From Candidatus Limnocylindrales bacterium (GTDB lineage: Bacteria; Moduliflexota; Moduliflexia; Moduliflexales; JAUQPW01), in NCBI GenBank assembly GCA_035559535.1, contig DATMBG010000040.1:1-64000 (forward strand): a DNA stretch of 64,000 nt. The letters are read 5' to 3'. Below the pieces are notes generated by a model. It did no database searches. It was not told the origin of the DNA and saw only the letters and a list, made by a program, of their open reading frames with translations. Below, piece after piece: positions 40,685-50,965 of this stretch. The translations under genes and the position numbers were made by a program. The first letter of the stretch is position 1; each line of letters begins with the position of its first letter.

Positions 40685-42465
40685 TCCTGGGCCTTCTGGG
40701 CTTCATAACGGGCCTTCTCTATGCAAACTCTTTGGAAAACGGATTTCTCTCCTGGGATGATCAAAGTTATATTGTAGAAAACACTCTTATCCAGAAACTG
40801 AGTCGGTCCAATATTTATCAGATTTTTTCATCCATTTTGGTGGGTAACTACACGCCTGTTACCATTCTCTCCTATGCCTGGGATTATGCAATCTGGAAAT
40901 TGGATCCTCGGGGTTATCATATTACTAATCTGCTCTTATATCTGTTCGATACCTTCCTGGTCTATATCCTGGCTTCTAAAATTTTCCAACGCCCACCTTT
41001 TGCCCTTTTATCCACCCTCATTTTCCTCGTTCATCCCCTTCATGTAGAGTCGGTTACCTGGTTATCGGCCAGAAAAGATGTCCTTTCTCTGGCCTTCTTT
41101 CTGATTTCTTTTCTCTTATTTGTTCAATATCTGGAATCAAAGCCTGTGAAAAGGGAGGGATCCGGGAGTCAGACTAAATTTTCTCTTCAACTTAAATACC
41201 TGGGAGCCCTCTTAAGTTTGACCCTGGCCCTACTGTCCAAGGCGACAACCCTTGTCTTACCCCTTGTACTGGTCCTTTATGAGGTTTGCAAAAATGGACC
41301 TGAGAGTCACCCTCGGATGATCCGGCTAAGATTCCCAATTTATTTACCGTTTTTTTTAGTCAGTGCCCTGCTGACATATGTTCACATCAAGGTCTCCCAG
41401 GTGGCCGGGGTTATACAGGAATACCACGGCGGAAGCTTTTATCTAACGCTGTTGACTGTTCCCAAAGTGCTCTGGCATTACCTTCAGCACTTTTTTTTCC
41501 CGGTGAATCTATCGGTCTGGTATGAAATCCCTGTAGCCGCTTCTATCCTGGAATTATCCACGTTGTTGCCCTTGTTCACCTTGCTTATCGTTGTTGGTCT
41601 GACGATGAAGAGTTATACCCTTTCGAGGCGCGTGTTTTTCGCCCTGAGTTGGTTTTTCATCACCCTGCTGCCGGTCTCGAATTTAATCTCCACCAGTACC
41701 TTAGTGGCAGACCGGTATCTGTTCATTCCATCCATAGGTCTTTCGATCCTCCTGGGAATTGCCTTAGAAAATCTGTTTTATTTCTTTGACAAATTCAAAA
41801 TTCCCTTTCATAACCGCCTATTCTCTCCGGACTTCCCACGTGCCCTCGCTTTAATTGGCTCCATTTTTTTGCTTTTGTCTTATTCTATTCTCACTATGGA
41901 ACGGAATACGGTTTGGTTCAATGATTATACCCTGTGGTCAGACGCCCTGGAAAAATCACCGAATAGTTACCTGGTCCATCATAATCTGGGAACTGCATAT
42001 TTTCAAGCAGGATACCTGGAGGCAGCTAAAAAAGAATACGAAGAGGCCCTGAGAATCAAACCCACCGCCCTGGGAACCCGTTACAATCTGGGAATTCTTT
42101 ATGCCAAAAAAGATCAGGTAGATCTTGCAGAGGCCGAATTTCAAAAAATTTTAGAGTTGAGCCCCTGGCATGCCGAAGCCCATTACAACCTGGGATTACT
42201 TTATGATCGGCAAAAACGTTGGGATGAGGCCATATCTGCCTATCAGAGCGCACTCAGGTTCAGACCGGATTATGTCGAAGCCCACAATAATCTGGGAGTT
42301 TTATATTATCGAAAAGGTCTTCTCGATCAGGCCATCGAAGAATTCAATCAGGCCTTAAAGTTGAAACCGGATTATGTAAAATCCCAGAATAATCTGAAGC
42401 TGGCCTACTCCCGGAAAAACCCTTCTCATTCATCCAATGGATCCGAAGGGACTCCTCAACCGTAA
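40618..42465 (+). CDS. TMTC-like GT-C transferase with C-terminal TPR repeats
   Basis: GFLSWDD, YHITNLLL, HPLHVESVTWLSARKD, ADRYLFIP, RNTVWFND, then several HNNLG/HYNLG TPRs. Confidence 0.88.
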   Translation: MVTKRESFLYLSRKRILHSYVLILGLLGFITGLLYANSLENGFLSWDDQSYIVENTLIQKLSRSNIYQIFSSILVGNYTPVTILSYAWDYAIWKLDPRGYHITNLLLYLFDTFLVYILASKIFQRPPFALLSTLIFLVHPLHVESVTWLSARKDVLSLAFFLISFLLFVQYLESKPVKREGSGSQTKFSLQLKYLGALLSLTLALLSKATTLVLPLVLVLYEVCKNGPESHPRMIRLRFPIYLPFFLVSALLTYVHIKVSQVAGVIQEYHGGSFYLTLLTVPKVLWHYLQHFFFPVNLSVWYEIPVAASILELSTLLPLFTLLIVVGLTMKSYTLSRRVFFALSWFFITLLPVSNLISTSTLVADRYLFIPSIGLSILLGIALENLFYFFDKFKIPFHNRLFSPDFPRALALIGSIFLLLSYSILTMERNTVWFNDYTLWSDALEKSPNSYLVHHNLGTAYFQAGYLEAAKKEYEEALRIKPTALGTRYNLGILYAKKDQVDLAEAEFQKILELSPWHAEAHYNLGLLYDRQKRWDEAISAYQSALRFRPDYVEAHNNLGVLYYRKGLLDQAIEEFNQALKLKPDYVKSQNNLKLAYSRKNPSHSSNGSEGTPQP

Positions 42466-42674
42466 GCCGAATTCTGGCATTTATGAAATTGTTTTCTATT
42501 ACCTGGAACTGAACCAAACCTGGCTTTGCCGGATAGTAGGAAAAGAAAAAGAGGGAGTGACTTTTTTTGTTACTCCGTTAACTATTTTTGGCTTGATCTC
42601 CGGATAACTGTTGAGAGGCCAGAAGTCGGAAAATCAGTTCGAATTCTGACTCCCGACTCCTGCCAGATTTTTTG

Positions 42675-44318
42675 ATGTTGTTCAAATTCAAATATAAACA
42701 CTCTCTTTTAGACACGGCCGGGATCGGGCTTATTCTCCTGGGAGGGTTGCTCATCCGAATTTACCGGATCGGAGAGCCCTTTGATGGATTTCAAGCCTTT
42801 AACGAAGGATTTTATGCCCTCCTTGCAAAAGAATATTTTAAAGGCTCTCTTCTCTATCCTAAAACCTGGAATGGTGAGATCGATTATATGGTTCCCCCTT
42901 TTCACTCTTACTGGATATTCCTCCTAAATGGGTTGTTGGGGGTTTCAGAAGCGGTGGACCGATGGGGTTCCGTAATTCCTAACCTGCTAACCCTTTATGG
43001 GGTCTATCTTCTAGGAGAAAAACTTTTCAATAAAAGGATCGGGCTTATTGCTGCGAGCCTTCTGGCGTTTATCCCCATGAATGTCCTGGTGGGAAGAAAT
43101 GTGCAGGTCGATTCAACTTATATTTTCTTTGCTTTGACTGCCCTTTACTTTTATCTGAAATCCTTAGAAGCCCACGAATACCGGAACAAAATCCTCAGCG
43201 GGCTTAGTCTGGGTTTATCTCTTTTTTCAAAACAGTTTGCCGTTTTAATGTATCCTTCCCTCATACTCTGGGAAACCTGTTGCCGGAATCAAACAGGTTT
43301 TACCCTTCGAAATGGGAATCTTAATTGGCTCAATAAGAAATTTTTCATTTTCCTGGGATGCAGTCTTATTATCCCTTTACCGTTTTATCTGTATCATATC
43401 TTGTTTAACGGGGCCGAATTTTGGCGTATTCAGAAACTCCAGGGGGGAATTTTGGGCGTCCCCACGCTTTCCTTATTAAAGCTCCATCATGCAGAGATAT
43501 TCTGGGGCTTTACTCCCGTCATCTATTTCCTTGGCGGAATCAGCATCATCTGGATTTTACTCCGGCGACGGCAGGAGGAGGTAGAAACATTCCCTGCCGT
43601 ATCTCTGCTTTTGATTCTCTTTGGGATCTATCTCATCTTTTATCTAAGTACCCACAAACACAGCTATTATGTTCTTATGGTGGCTCCGATTCTTTCCCTT
43701 CTGATCGGAAAATTTCTACATGACCAACTTAAAAGTTCCGTTTTGTTAGGCGGTGTGGTTATCCTCACTTTGACGTCCCTGTTTATTTTCTCTCTTTTGA
43801 CACTGGCCGGAAATAAGTACGGCTATAAATCCTTTAAAGATATGGGTAATTATCTCGAAGGGATCGAAAAGAATGGGTATTATCTTCTTGCCCCCGGATA
43901 TATCATAGGAGCTTATGGACCTGTTATTCGGTATTATGCTCCTTCCGGTATTCTGCTTAACGGGGATGATCCTTCTTTTTTTCAGGAAGAAACCGGAGAG
44001 CTTAAGATTCCAGAAAGTAAACCGGTTTATATTTTGGAACCTTTCCGATCCCTTTCCCTGCCTGACCGGCAAGCAGGTCACTCGCCTACGAAGATTTTCT
44101 ACAATGAACTCTGGGCACCGATTTTATTGGGAAAAGCCATTTATCAAAGACCGGTTAATCATCACTTCTTTGCCTACGGTGGGATAGAAGTTGAGGATTC
44201 CGCAGAATTCAAAATCTTAGGTCTCTCTAAACTGGGTGAATGGCCGGTGATGAGTCTTACCAGACTTCCCGAAGATGTAAAAATATTCAGAAGTAAAGGA
44301 GATTTTGCAGGAAAATAA
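42675..44318 (+). CDS. ArnT/PMT-like GT-C glycosyltransferase
   Basis: FNEGFY, VPPFHSY, LSLFSKQ; many TM helices. Confidence 0.8.
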   Translation: MLFKFKYKHSLLDTAGIGLILLGGLLIRIYRIGEPFDGFQAFNEGFYALLAKEYFKGSLLYPKTWNGEIDYMVPPFHSYWIFLLNGLLGVSEAVDRWGSVIPNLLTLYGVYLLGEKLFNKRIGLIAASLLAFIPMNVLVGRNVQVDSTYIFFALTALYFYLKSLEAHEYRNKILSGLSLGLSLFSKQFAVLMYPSLILWETCCRNQTGFTLRNGNLNWLNKKFFIFLGCSLIIPLPFYLYHILFNGAEFWRIQKLQGGILGVPTLSLLKLHHAEIFWGFTPVIYFLGGISIIWILLRRRQEEVETFPAVSLLLILFGIYLIFYLSTHKHSYYVLMVAPILSLLIGKFLHDQLKSSVLLGGVVILTLTSLFIFSLLTLAGNKYGYKSFKDMGNYLEGIEKNGYYLLAPGYIIGAYGPVIRYYAPSGILLNGDDPSFFQEETGELKIPESKPVYILEPFRSLSLPDRQAGHSPTKIFYNELWAPILLGKAIYQRPVNHHFFAYGGIEVEDSAEFKILGLSKLGEWPVMSLTRLPEDVKIFRSKGDFAGK

Positions 44319-44322
44319 ACCG

Positions 44323-46182
44323 ATGAAACCTTCCAGACTATTCTTTCTGATTCCTGTCGTTCTCTTGCTTATCCTGGGTTTACAGGTCTTTTTAAGCATG
44401 GGGCAGATTTCGATAACCTACGATGAGTTCGCCCATCTCCCGGCCGGATACTCCTATTTAAAAACGGGAGATTTTCGTATGTACAGTCATAATCCTCCTC
44501 TCATCAAACTGATTACGGCCTTTCCTCTCCTGTTTATGGAGATCCGATTACCCCAGAGCAACTATTGGGACTCTGAAGAAGTACCTGTACGACCCTGGTT
44601 TTATGGTATGGACTTTATGCGGGCCAACCGTACCCAATATCTTCATTTCTTTTTTTATGCCCGGCTCATGACCTTATTTCTTTCAGGTCTTCTGGGATTT
44701 CTTGTTTTCCTATGGTCTCGTGAATTTTATGGAACCCCGGCAGGATGTTTTTCTCTATTTCTCTACGTATTCTGCCCTAATATTTTGGCCCAGTCAGGTC
44801 TCGCTACCGTCGATTTAGGAACCAGTCTTACGATATTTCTGGCCGTTTACTGCTTTTATCACTATTTAAAAATCAGGACGTACGGTCCCACATCTTTACA
44901 CCTTCTAACCCTGTTTCTCTCCGGGATAACCTTAGGGTTGGCTTTGCTATCCAAGTTTACAGGCCTCCTGCTGCTGATCCTCTATCCCATCCTCCTGGGC
45001 TGGCAGTTTATCCGCTCTCGTGGGAAATCCCGTACGACAAACAACCGACGACAGGCCCTGGTGACTCCTTTTCTGGGGATCGTTCTCATAGCCTTTCTTA
45101 CTGTCCATATAGGTTATGCTTTTCAGGGAAGTTTCTCTCCGTTGGGAAGTTACCATTTTACCAGTAATTTTTTAAAACCTCTGAATCATCCCCTTCTCAA
45201 GAATATCCCGGTTCCTTTGCCGTTTTATTACCTCAAAGGATTTGATAACCAAAAGGTAAAGGAGGAATACGGCTCCGAGACTATGCTTCTGGGAGAAGTT
45301 TCCAGAACCGGCTGGTGGTACTATTATCTGTTTGTCCTCTTATTTAAAGTACCCCTTCCTATCTTTATATTCCTGATCCTGATTTTTTTGCGACGAGCTA
45401 CCGATGATAGACGACCCCGGGTGGATGATATTTTTCTTCTGGTTCCCACAGGGGTTATTCTGATAACCTTCTCTTTTGTCAGGCTTCAGCTCGGAATCCG
45501 CTACGTTCTTCCGATATTTCCCTTTTTGTTTGTTTATTTGGGTCAGACCGTTCATGTTCTCCAGAAAAATAAAAAAGCGCAGGAATCTACCCCTTGCTTT
45601 GAATCTGTTGAGGATCCCCCTTCTCCCATCCCCGTGAGCGGGGAGGAGATCCTCCTTCGAAAGGCTCAAAACCAACAGGATACCCCCTCCCTTCAAAAAA
45701 AGCCTACTCCTGAAAGCAAAAAAACCCGGATAACTGCCCTGATTATAGGTTTATCTTTTTGGTATCTTATTTCATCTCTGAGCGTTTACCCCAACTATTT
45801 GTCTTATTTCAATGAACTCGCAGGTGGGCCCAGAAACGGATACCGGATTTTATCCGATGCCAATCTAGATGTAGGACAGGGTCTTATCCAATTAAAGAAG
45901 TATTTAACAGAACAAGGGATTGAAAGAATAAACCTTTTATACTTTGGGTGGGTAGATCCCGGCCTTTATGGAATTCAAGCCCATCAATTCCCCAATTTAT
46001 CCCCGCATGGAGTTTATGCCATCAGTGTAGCCTATTTACAGGGTATTCCTTTTATTCGGATGGATGCACAAGGGCGGGTTTATCGTTTGTCTCCGGAGTT
46101 TTTTGAGATGTTTAAGAACCTGGAACCTGAGGCACAGATTGCCAATTCGATTTTTATCTATAAGATTCCAGAAAAATCATAA
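44323..46182 (+). CDS. GT-C (PMT/ArnT-like) glycosyltransferase, paralog of 37799-39472
   Basis: TYDEFAHLPAGY, HNPPLIK, PNILAQSGLATVD, LSKFTG, GIRYVLP, YLSYFNELAGG, DANLDVGQ. Confidence 0.88.
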   Translation: MKPSRLFFLIPVVLLLILGLQVFLSMGQISITYDEFAHLPAGYSYLKTGDFRMYSHNPPLIKLITAFPLLFMEIRLPQSNYWDSEEVPVRPWFYGMDFMRANRTQYLHFFFYARLMTLFLSGLLGFLVFLWSREFYGTPAGCFSLFLYVFCPNILAQSGLATVDLGTSLTIFLAVYCFYHYLKIRTYGPTSLHLLTLFLSGITLGLALLSKFTGLLLLILYPILLGWQFIRSRGKSRTTNNRRQALVTPFLGIVLIAFLTVHIGYAFQGSFSPLGSYHFTSNFLKPLNHPLLKNIPVPLPFYYLKGFDNQKVKEEYGSETMLLGEVSRTGWWYYYLFVLLFKVPLPIFIFLILIFLRRATDDRRPRVDDIFLLVPTGVILITFSFVRLQLGIRYVLPIFPFLFVYLGQTVHVLQKNKKAQESTPCFESVEDPPSPIPVSGEEILLRKAQNQQDTPSLQKKPTPESKKTRITALIIGLSFWYLISSLSVYPNYLSYFNELAGGPRNGYRILSDANLDVGQGLIQLKKYLTEQGIERINLLYFGWVDPGLYGIQAHQFPNLSPHGVYAISVAYLQGIPFIRMDAQGRVYRLSPEFFEMFKNLEPEAQIANSIFIYKIPEKS

Positions 46183-46239
46183 CCTCTCCTTTCCCTTGTT
46201 TAGGCAGGGATAAAGGCAGGTGAAGAGGATACTTTTAGC

Positions 46240-49200
46240 CTAGGCTCCATGGCATTTTTTATATTTCTTTCCACTTCCGCAGGGGCAGGGATCATTACGA
46301 CCAATCTTGGGTGTTTGTCGGACGATTGGAGCCTGTTTGACCTCAGACTCGCTGGTATTGGTCTGGAGCGCATCGGTATCGATATGGATACCCCAGGTAT
46401 TGTTGGTGACTTCACTTGTGGCGGTGACAAGGGAGGATTTTTTTCGGGTTACGACAGAGAATTTAAAAACCGCCTCGACCGTTTCTGTGTTAATTCGGTC
46501 TATCATTTCGGAGAACATTTCATAACCCTCCTTCTGATACTCCAGAAGGGGGTCCTTTTGTCCGTATCCTCGGAGACCGATTCCTTCCTTGAGTTGATCC
46601 ATGGCATACAGATGGGCCATCCAGTTCCGATCGATGGTTTTCAACATAATCCATCTGAGGAAGGCATTCATTTTGGTCTCTCCGGGGGCAATCTCTCCAA
46701 AGGCATAGGTGAAAATATCGTCGGGAATTCCTTCAATCTCTTTCTCTTTCAGTTCATATTTCTCCTCAAATTCTTTACGAAGAATTTCCAGAAGATGTTC
46801 CCAGGTTAATTCCTCGATCACTATATTTTCAAAGGAAACGTATACCGAGTATTTATCCAGAAGCTCCGTCTTTAGCCCGTTCAAATCCCACTCTTCAGGG
46901 TATTGGCCTTCGGGAGCGTATTTATCGGCCAGATCATAGAGCACATCTTCGATCATATCGAAGAGATCTCCCTTGAGGTTTTCACTGTAGATGATATGAT
47001 CTCGTCGGGTGTAGATAACTTCCCGCTGTTTATTGTTTACATCGTCGTATTTGAGGAGGTGTTTTCGAATCTCAAAATTACGGCCTTCTACCTTTTTCTG
47101 GGCGTTTTCAATGGCTTTGGTAACCCAGGGATGCTCGATAGGCTCATTTTCATCCACCCCGAACCGTTCCATAATGGCGGCTACTTTTTCTGAGCCAAAG
47201 ATTCGCATGAGATCATCTTCCAGAGATAGATAAAATCGGGAAGATCCTGGATCTCCCTGCCGTCCGGAGCGTCCGCGCAACTGATTATCGATTCTTCGGG
47301 CTTCATGGCGTTCCGTTCCTATGATATGAAGACCTCCCAGTTCCACAACTCCCGGACCCAGTACAATATCCGTTCCGCGGCCTGCCATATTGGTTGCGAT
47401 GGTAACTGCATTCCGCTGCCCGGCCCGGGCTACAATCATGGCCTCTTTCTCGTGATGTTTGGCATTCAAAACATGATGGGGAATTTCGGTCCCTTTTTCA
47501 CCGCGCTCCTTTAACACCTGTCGAAGCTGTTCGAATTTCTCAGGACTTAAAATTTTCTTTAAGTGGACGAGCTCCAACATCTTGCTCAATCTCTCCGACT
47601 TTTCGATAGAGACCGTTCCTACCAGGGTAGGTTGACCTTTAATATAGCAATCTACAATTTCATTTACGACGGCATTAAACTTAGCCCGTTCGGTTTTGTA
47701 AACGACATCGGGATAATCTACCCGGATCATGGGTTCATTGGTGGGAATAACCACCACGTCTAACTTATAAATATCGGCGAATTCGGCTGCCTCGGTTGCG
47801 GCAGTTCCTGTCATACCTGCCAGCTTTTTATAAAGACGAAAATAGTTCTGAAGGGTAATGGTTGCAACGGTCTGAGTTGCCTTGGCAATTTTAACGCCTT
47901 CCTTGGCCTCTACGGCCTGATGAAGTCCATCGCTCCACCGACGCCCGGGCATCATACGGCCTGTAAATTCATCGACAATGATAACTTCTCCGTTATGCAC
48001 CACATAATCCACGTCCTTTTCAAACATGGTATAGGCCCGAATGAGTTGATGAATATTATGGAGCTTCTCGCTTTTCTCCTCGTACTCTTTAGTCAATCGC
48101 TGCTTGGCGTTTTCCTTCGCAATCCGACTGAGAGATTCATCATGTTCGATCTGGAAGAACTCCGTATCCAGATCTGGGAGAACAAAGAGATTTTCTTCAC
48201 CCCGGGAGAGAATTCTCTGTCCCTCTTCGGTCAACTCGACACTATTCTCCTTCTCATTAATTACATAGAGTAGACCCTCTTGAAGCTCATGGATACGCTT
48301 ATCCCGGATAAAATCGTCTTCCACCCGAACCATCATCTTTTTGGCGTCTTTGTGTTCGGCAATATAAGCAAGGAGTCGTTTATTTTTGGGATCCCCTTTC
48401 TCCACTTGAAGCAATTTAACGTACTTTTCATAGGCATCCGGATCCGTTTCATCATACTTGAGGACTTCATCGAAGATTTTATTAACGATATTTTGTTGTC
48501 GTGCCACCAGATTTTTGACGGGAAGTTTAAACTCATCGTAGCGGTGGGAATCCTGTTCTACCTCTCCGGATATAATCAGGGGCGTTCTCGCCTCGTCGAT
48601 CAAAATACTGTCCACCTCGTCCACAATAGCATAAGCCAATTCCCGCTGGACCCGATCCTTGGGAGAATCCTTCAAATTATCCCGCAGATAGTCAAATCCA
48701 AACTCATTGTTCGTCCCATAGGTAATATCACAGTTATAAATCTGCTGTCTTTCCTGAGTACCCATGTAGTTCTGGATGGCTCCAACCGTCATTCCCAGAA
48801 ACTCATAAATCTTGCCCATCCATTCCCGGTCTCGTCGGGCCAGATAATCGTTAACGGTTACAATATGAACACCTTTTCCAGAAAGGGCGTTGAGATAAGC
48901 AGGAAGGGTTGCAACCAGAGTTTTCCCTTCTCCGGTTTTCATCTCGGCGATTTTCCCCTGATGCAGCACTATGCCACCCATTAATTGAACGTCAAAATGC
49001 CGCATTCCCAGAGTTCTCTTGGAGGCTTCTCGAACTACGGCGAAAGCTTCAGGAAGAATTTCGTCTAAGACCCGCTGCATTTCTTTATAAATCGCTTCAT
49101 GGATAAAAGCTTTAACACCTTTTGTCAGGGTATTCTCACTCACCCCTTCAAAGTCCGCTTCATCTTTTACTTCCTTAACAATTTCTTCGATTTCCTTCTC

Positions 49201-49716
49201 CAGAGCGCTGATGACACTTCGGGTTAAAAAGTCTTGCGGGCATCGGTCGAGGTTTATCACAGCGCTTTCTTTATTCTCCTGATCTCCGAACTTTTCCTTG
49301 AGAAACTTAATAACTTCCCTTCGAGCTTCCAACTTAGCCTGTATGCCTTCTTGAACCCCTTCCTTTAATCGAGCTCTAAAAATTTCTGTCATCCCCCGGA
49401 TTTGCTCGTCACTCATAACCCGAAAATCCTCTGGGAGTACCTGGGCTAAGTCCTTTTCTTCAGACAGTTCTCGCCGACAGAGGGCAGTTTTTTCCTTTAA
49501 AGCTTTCTCGCCGAGTATTTTGAGTTCCGGGAATATTTCTCCCAGACTTTTTCCCTGGGCCAGTCCCTCTCGACAGCGTAAGGTTTTTTCTTTCAGTTCC
49601 TTTTCGCTGAGGAAACGGTTTTCTAAATAATTAATCCGATCAACGATAGGTTGAAGACTTCTTAAAGTTCTATCGTTTTTTGAAGGAATGAGAGAGGTAA
49701 GTAACGACATCCACAT
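46240..49716 (-). CDS. secA: Protein translocase ATPase SecA (long form with N-terminal repeats and insertions)
   Basis: [66 protein letters not shown]-terminal [14 protein letters not shown]. Confidence 0.98.
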   Translation of the reverse strand: MWMSLLTSLIPSKNDRTLRSLQPIVDRINYLENRFLSEKELKEKTLRCREGLAQGKSLGEIFPELKILGEKALKEKTALCRRELSEEKDLAQVLPEDFRVMSDEQIRGMTEIFRARLKEGVQEGIQAKLEARREVIKFLKEKFGDQENKESAVINLDRCPQDFLTRSVISALEKEIEEIVKEVKDEADFEGVSENTLTKGVKAFIHEAIYKEMQRVLDEILPEAFAVVREASKRTLGMRHFDVQLMGGIVLHQGKIAEMKTGEGKTLVATLPAYLNALSGKGVHIVTVNDYLARRDREWMGKIYEFLGMTVGAIQNYMGTQERQQIYNCDITYGTNNEFGFDYLRDNLKDSPKDRVQRELAYAIVDEVDSILIDEARTPLIISGEVEQDSHRYDEFKLPVKNLVARQQNIVNKIFDEVLKYDETDPDAYEKYVKLLQVEKGDPKNKRLLAYIAEHKDAKKMMVRVEDDFIRDKRIHELQEGLLYVINEKENSVELTEEGQRILSRGEENLFVLPDLDTEFFQIEHDESLSRIAKENAKQRLTKEYEEKSEKLHNIHQLIRAYTMFEKDVDYVVHNGEVIIVDEFTGRMMPGRRWSDGLHQAVEAKEGVKIAKATQTVATITLQNYFRLYKKLAGMTGTAATEAAEFADIYKLDVVVIPTNEPMIRVDYPDVVYKTERAKFNAVVNEIVDCYIKGQPTLVGTVSIEKSERLSKMLELVHLKKILSPEKFEQLRQVLKERGEKGTEIPHHVLNAKHHEKEAMIVARAGQRNAVTIATNMAGRGTDIVLGPGVVELGGLHIIGTERHEARRIDNQLRGRSGRQGDPGSSRFYLSLEDDLMRIFGSEKVAAIMERFGVDENEPIEHPWVTKAIENAQKKVEGRNFEIRKHLLKYDDVNNKQREVIYTRRDHIIYSENLKGDLFDMIEDVLYDLADKYAPEGQYPEEWDLNGLKTELLDKYSVYVSFENIVIEELTWEHLLEILRKEFEEKYELKEKEIEGIPDDIFTYAFGEIAPGETKMNAFLRWIMLKTIDRNWMAHLYAMDQLKEGIGLRGYGQKDPLLEYQKEGYEMFSEMIDRINTETVEAVFKFSVVTRKKSSLVTATSEVTNNTWGIHIDTDALQTNTSESEVKQAPIVRQTPKIGRNDPCPCGSGKKYKKCHGA

Positions 49717-49798
49717 ATTTGCTATGACTCCTTTTAGCTTTTTCTAAAAAAGCAAATTTCTCTTATTAAAAAATAAGCTTATCCGGGTTCAGCGCTTT

Positions 49799-49827
49799 AA
49801 TTTAACTTATTTTAGCTTAAAAGTCAA
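49799..49827 (-). promoter_or_regulatory. Sigma70 promoter of secA
   Basis: TTGACT-17 nt-TAAATT on the minus strand. Confidence 0.6.
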
Positions 49828-50066
49828 GGAGTTTTCCAGATAAGGACCCGTATTAGTTTAGCCGGTACACTTTCTCAACCCCCGGGTACCGGGATAAAGT
49901 TTATGGATTTCAAATTAGGGCTTTTCATTAATCTTTGTCCTGGCGCGTATGCTCTCAGGGGTGGAGTTGGGAAGGTACCGGATCTTACCGGTTAAATGGA
50001 TAGGAATCCTCCAGGTGAGAGGAAAGACTTTACGAAGCAGTGGGGATAGTGCGAAAGAAGCGTCGT

Positions 50067-50831
50067 TTACAGTGACATGCCCCCATCGATAACAAGGGCA
50101 GAGCCGGTCATGAAGGCGGCCTCGTCGGAAGCGATATAGAGGGCAGCATAGGCAATTTCCTCGGGTTTACCCATTCGTCCCATGGGTTGGCGGGCCATAA
50201 AAGCCTGACGAGCTGTTTCCATATCAGCATAAAGCTTACTGGCTACTCCATTAAGGATAGCGGTCTCTACCGTTCCAGGACAGAGGCAGTTAACCCGAAT
50301 ATTATCCTTTACAAACCCCAGAGCCATCCCTTTTGTAAGGGAAATAATAGCTCCTTTGGAGGCCGAATAAGCATCACGGTTAGCATAGGGTCGAATCCCG
50401 TTTGCAGAAGCCATGTTAATGATACAACCTCCCCCTTGTCTCCTCATATGGGGAATTGCGAACTTAGACCCCAAGAAGACCGATTTCAAGTTAACTCCCA
50501 TCACCCGGTCCCATTCCTCTTCCGTTAAAGTTTCCACGGTACCTACGACAGAAATCCCTGCATTGTTAAACAAAATGTCTAACCGATTCCAGGTATTAAC
50601 TGTTATCTCTACCATTCGTCGGGCATCTTCAATTTGTGAGACATCGGCTCGAATGAATATTGCACTTCCTCCCTGATCCTTAATAAGTTGAACGGTACCC
50701 ACCCCGCGTTCGTTATCCAGATCTACCACACTCACTTTCGCACCTTCTTTTGCAAATAGAATAGCCGTTGCACGTCCAATTCCCGAACCGGCTCCTGTAA
50801 TCAAAGCAACCTTATCTCGAAGTTTCATCAA
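50067..50831 (-). CDS. Classical short-chain dehydrogenase/reductase
   Basis: TGAGSGIG, NNAG, YSASK, CPGTVET, DGG. Confidence 0.92.
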   Translation of the reverse strand: MMKLRDKVALITGAGSGIGRATAILFAKEGAKVSVVDLDNERGVGTVQLIKDQGGSAIFIRADVSQIEDARRMVEITVNTWNRLDILFNNAGISVVGTVETLTEEEWDRVMGVNLKSVFLGSKFAIPHMRRQGGGCIINMASANGIRPYANRDAYSASKGAIISLTKGMALGFVKDNIRVNCLCPGTVETAILNGVASKLYADMETARQAFMARQPMGRMGKPEEIAYAALYIASDEAAFMTGSALVIDGGMSL

Positions 50832-50965
50832 TTTGTCCTATGCCCCGTGCCCGTTGAGTTTAGTCCATAGTCCGTCATTGAATGGTTTTGTCTATCACCC
50901 GGATGCTTTGGGATGGAGGACCAACCCAAAACAACAGGCAACGGACTATGGACCCAAGAACCCGA

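Noticed and set aside
46249-49106. Many plus-strand ORFs of 65-234 aa opposite secA
   Set aside because: Antisense shadows of a conserved gene.
46240-49716. Accessory SecA2 dedicated to the glycosylation island
   Set aside because: Convergent with the island, has its own promoter, keeps the C-terminal Zn finger, and has no secY2/asp genes; looks like the housekeeping SecA.
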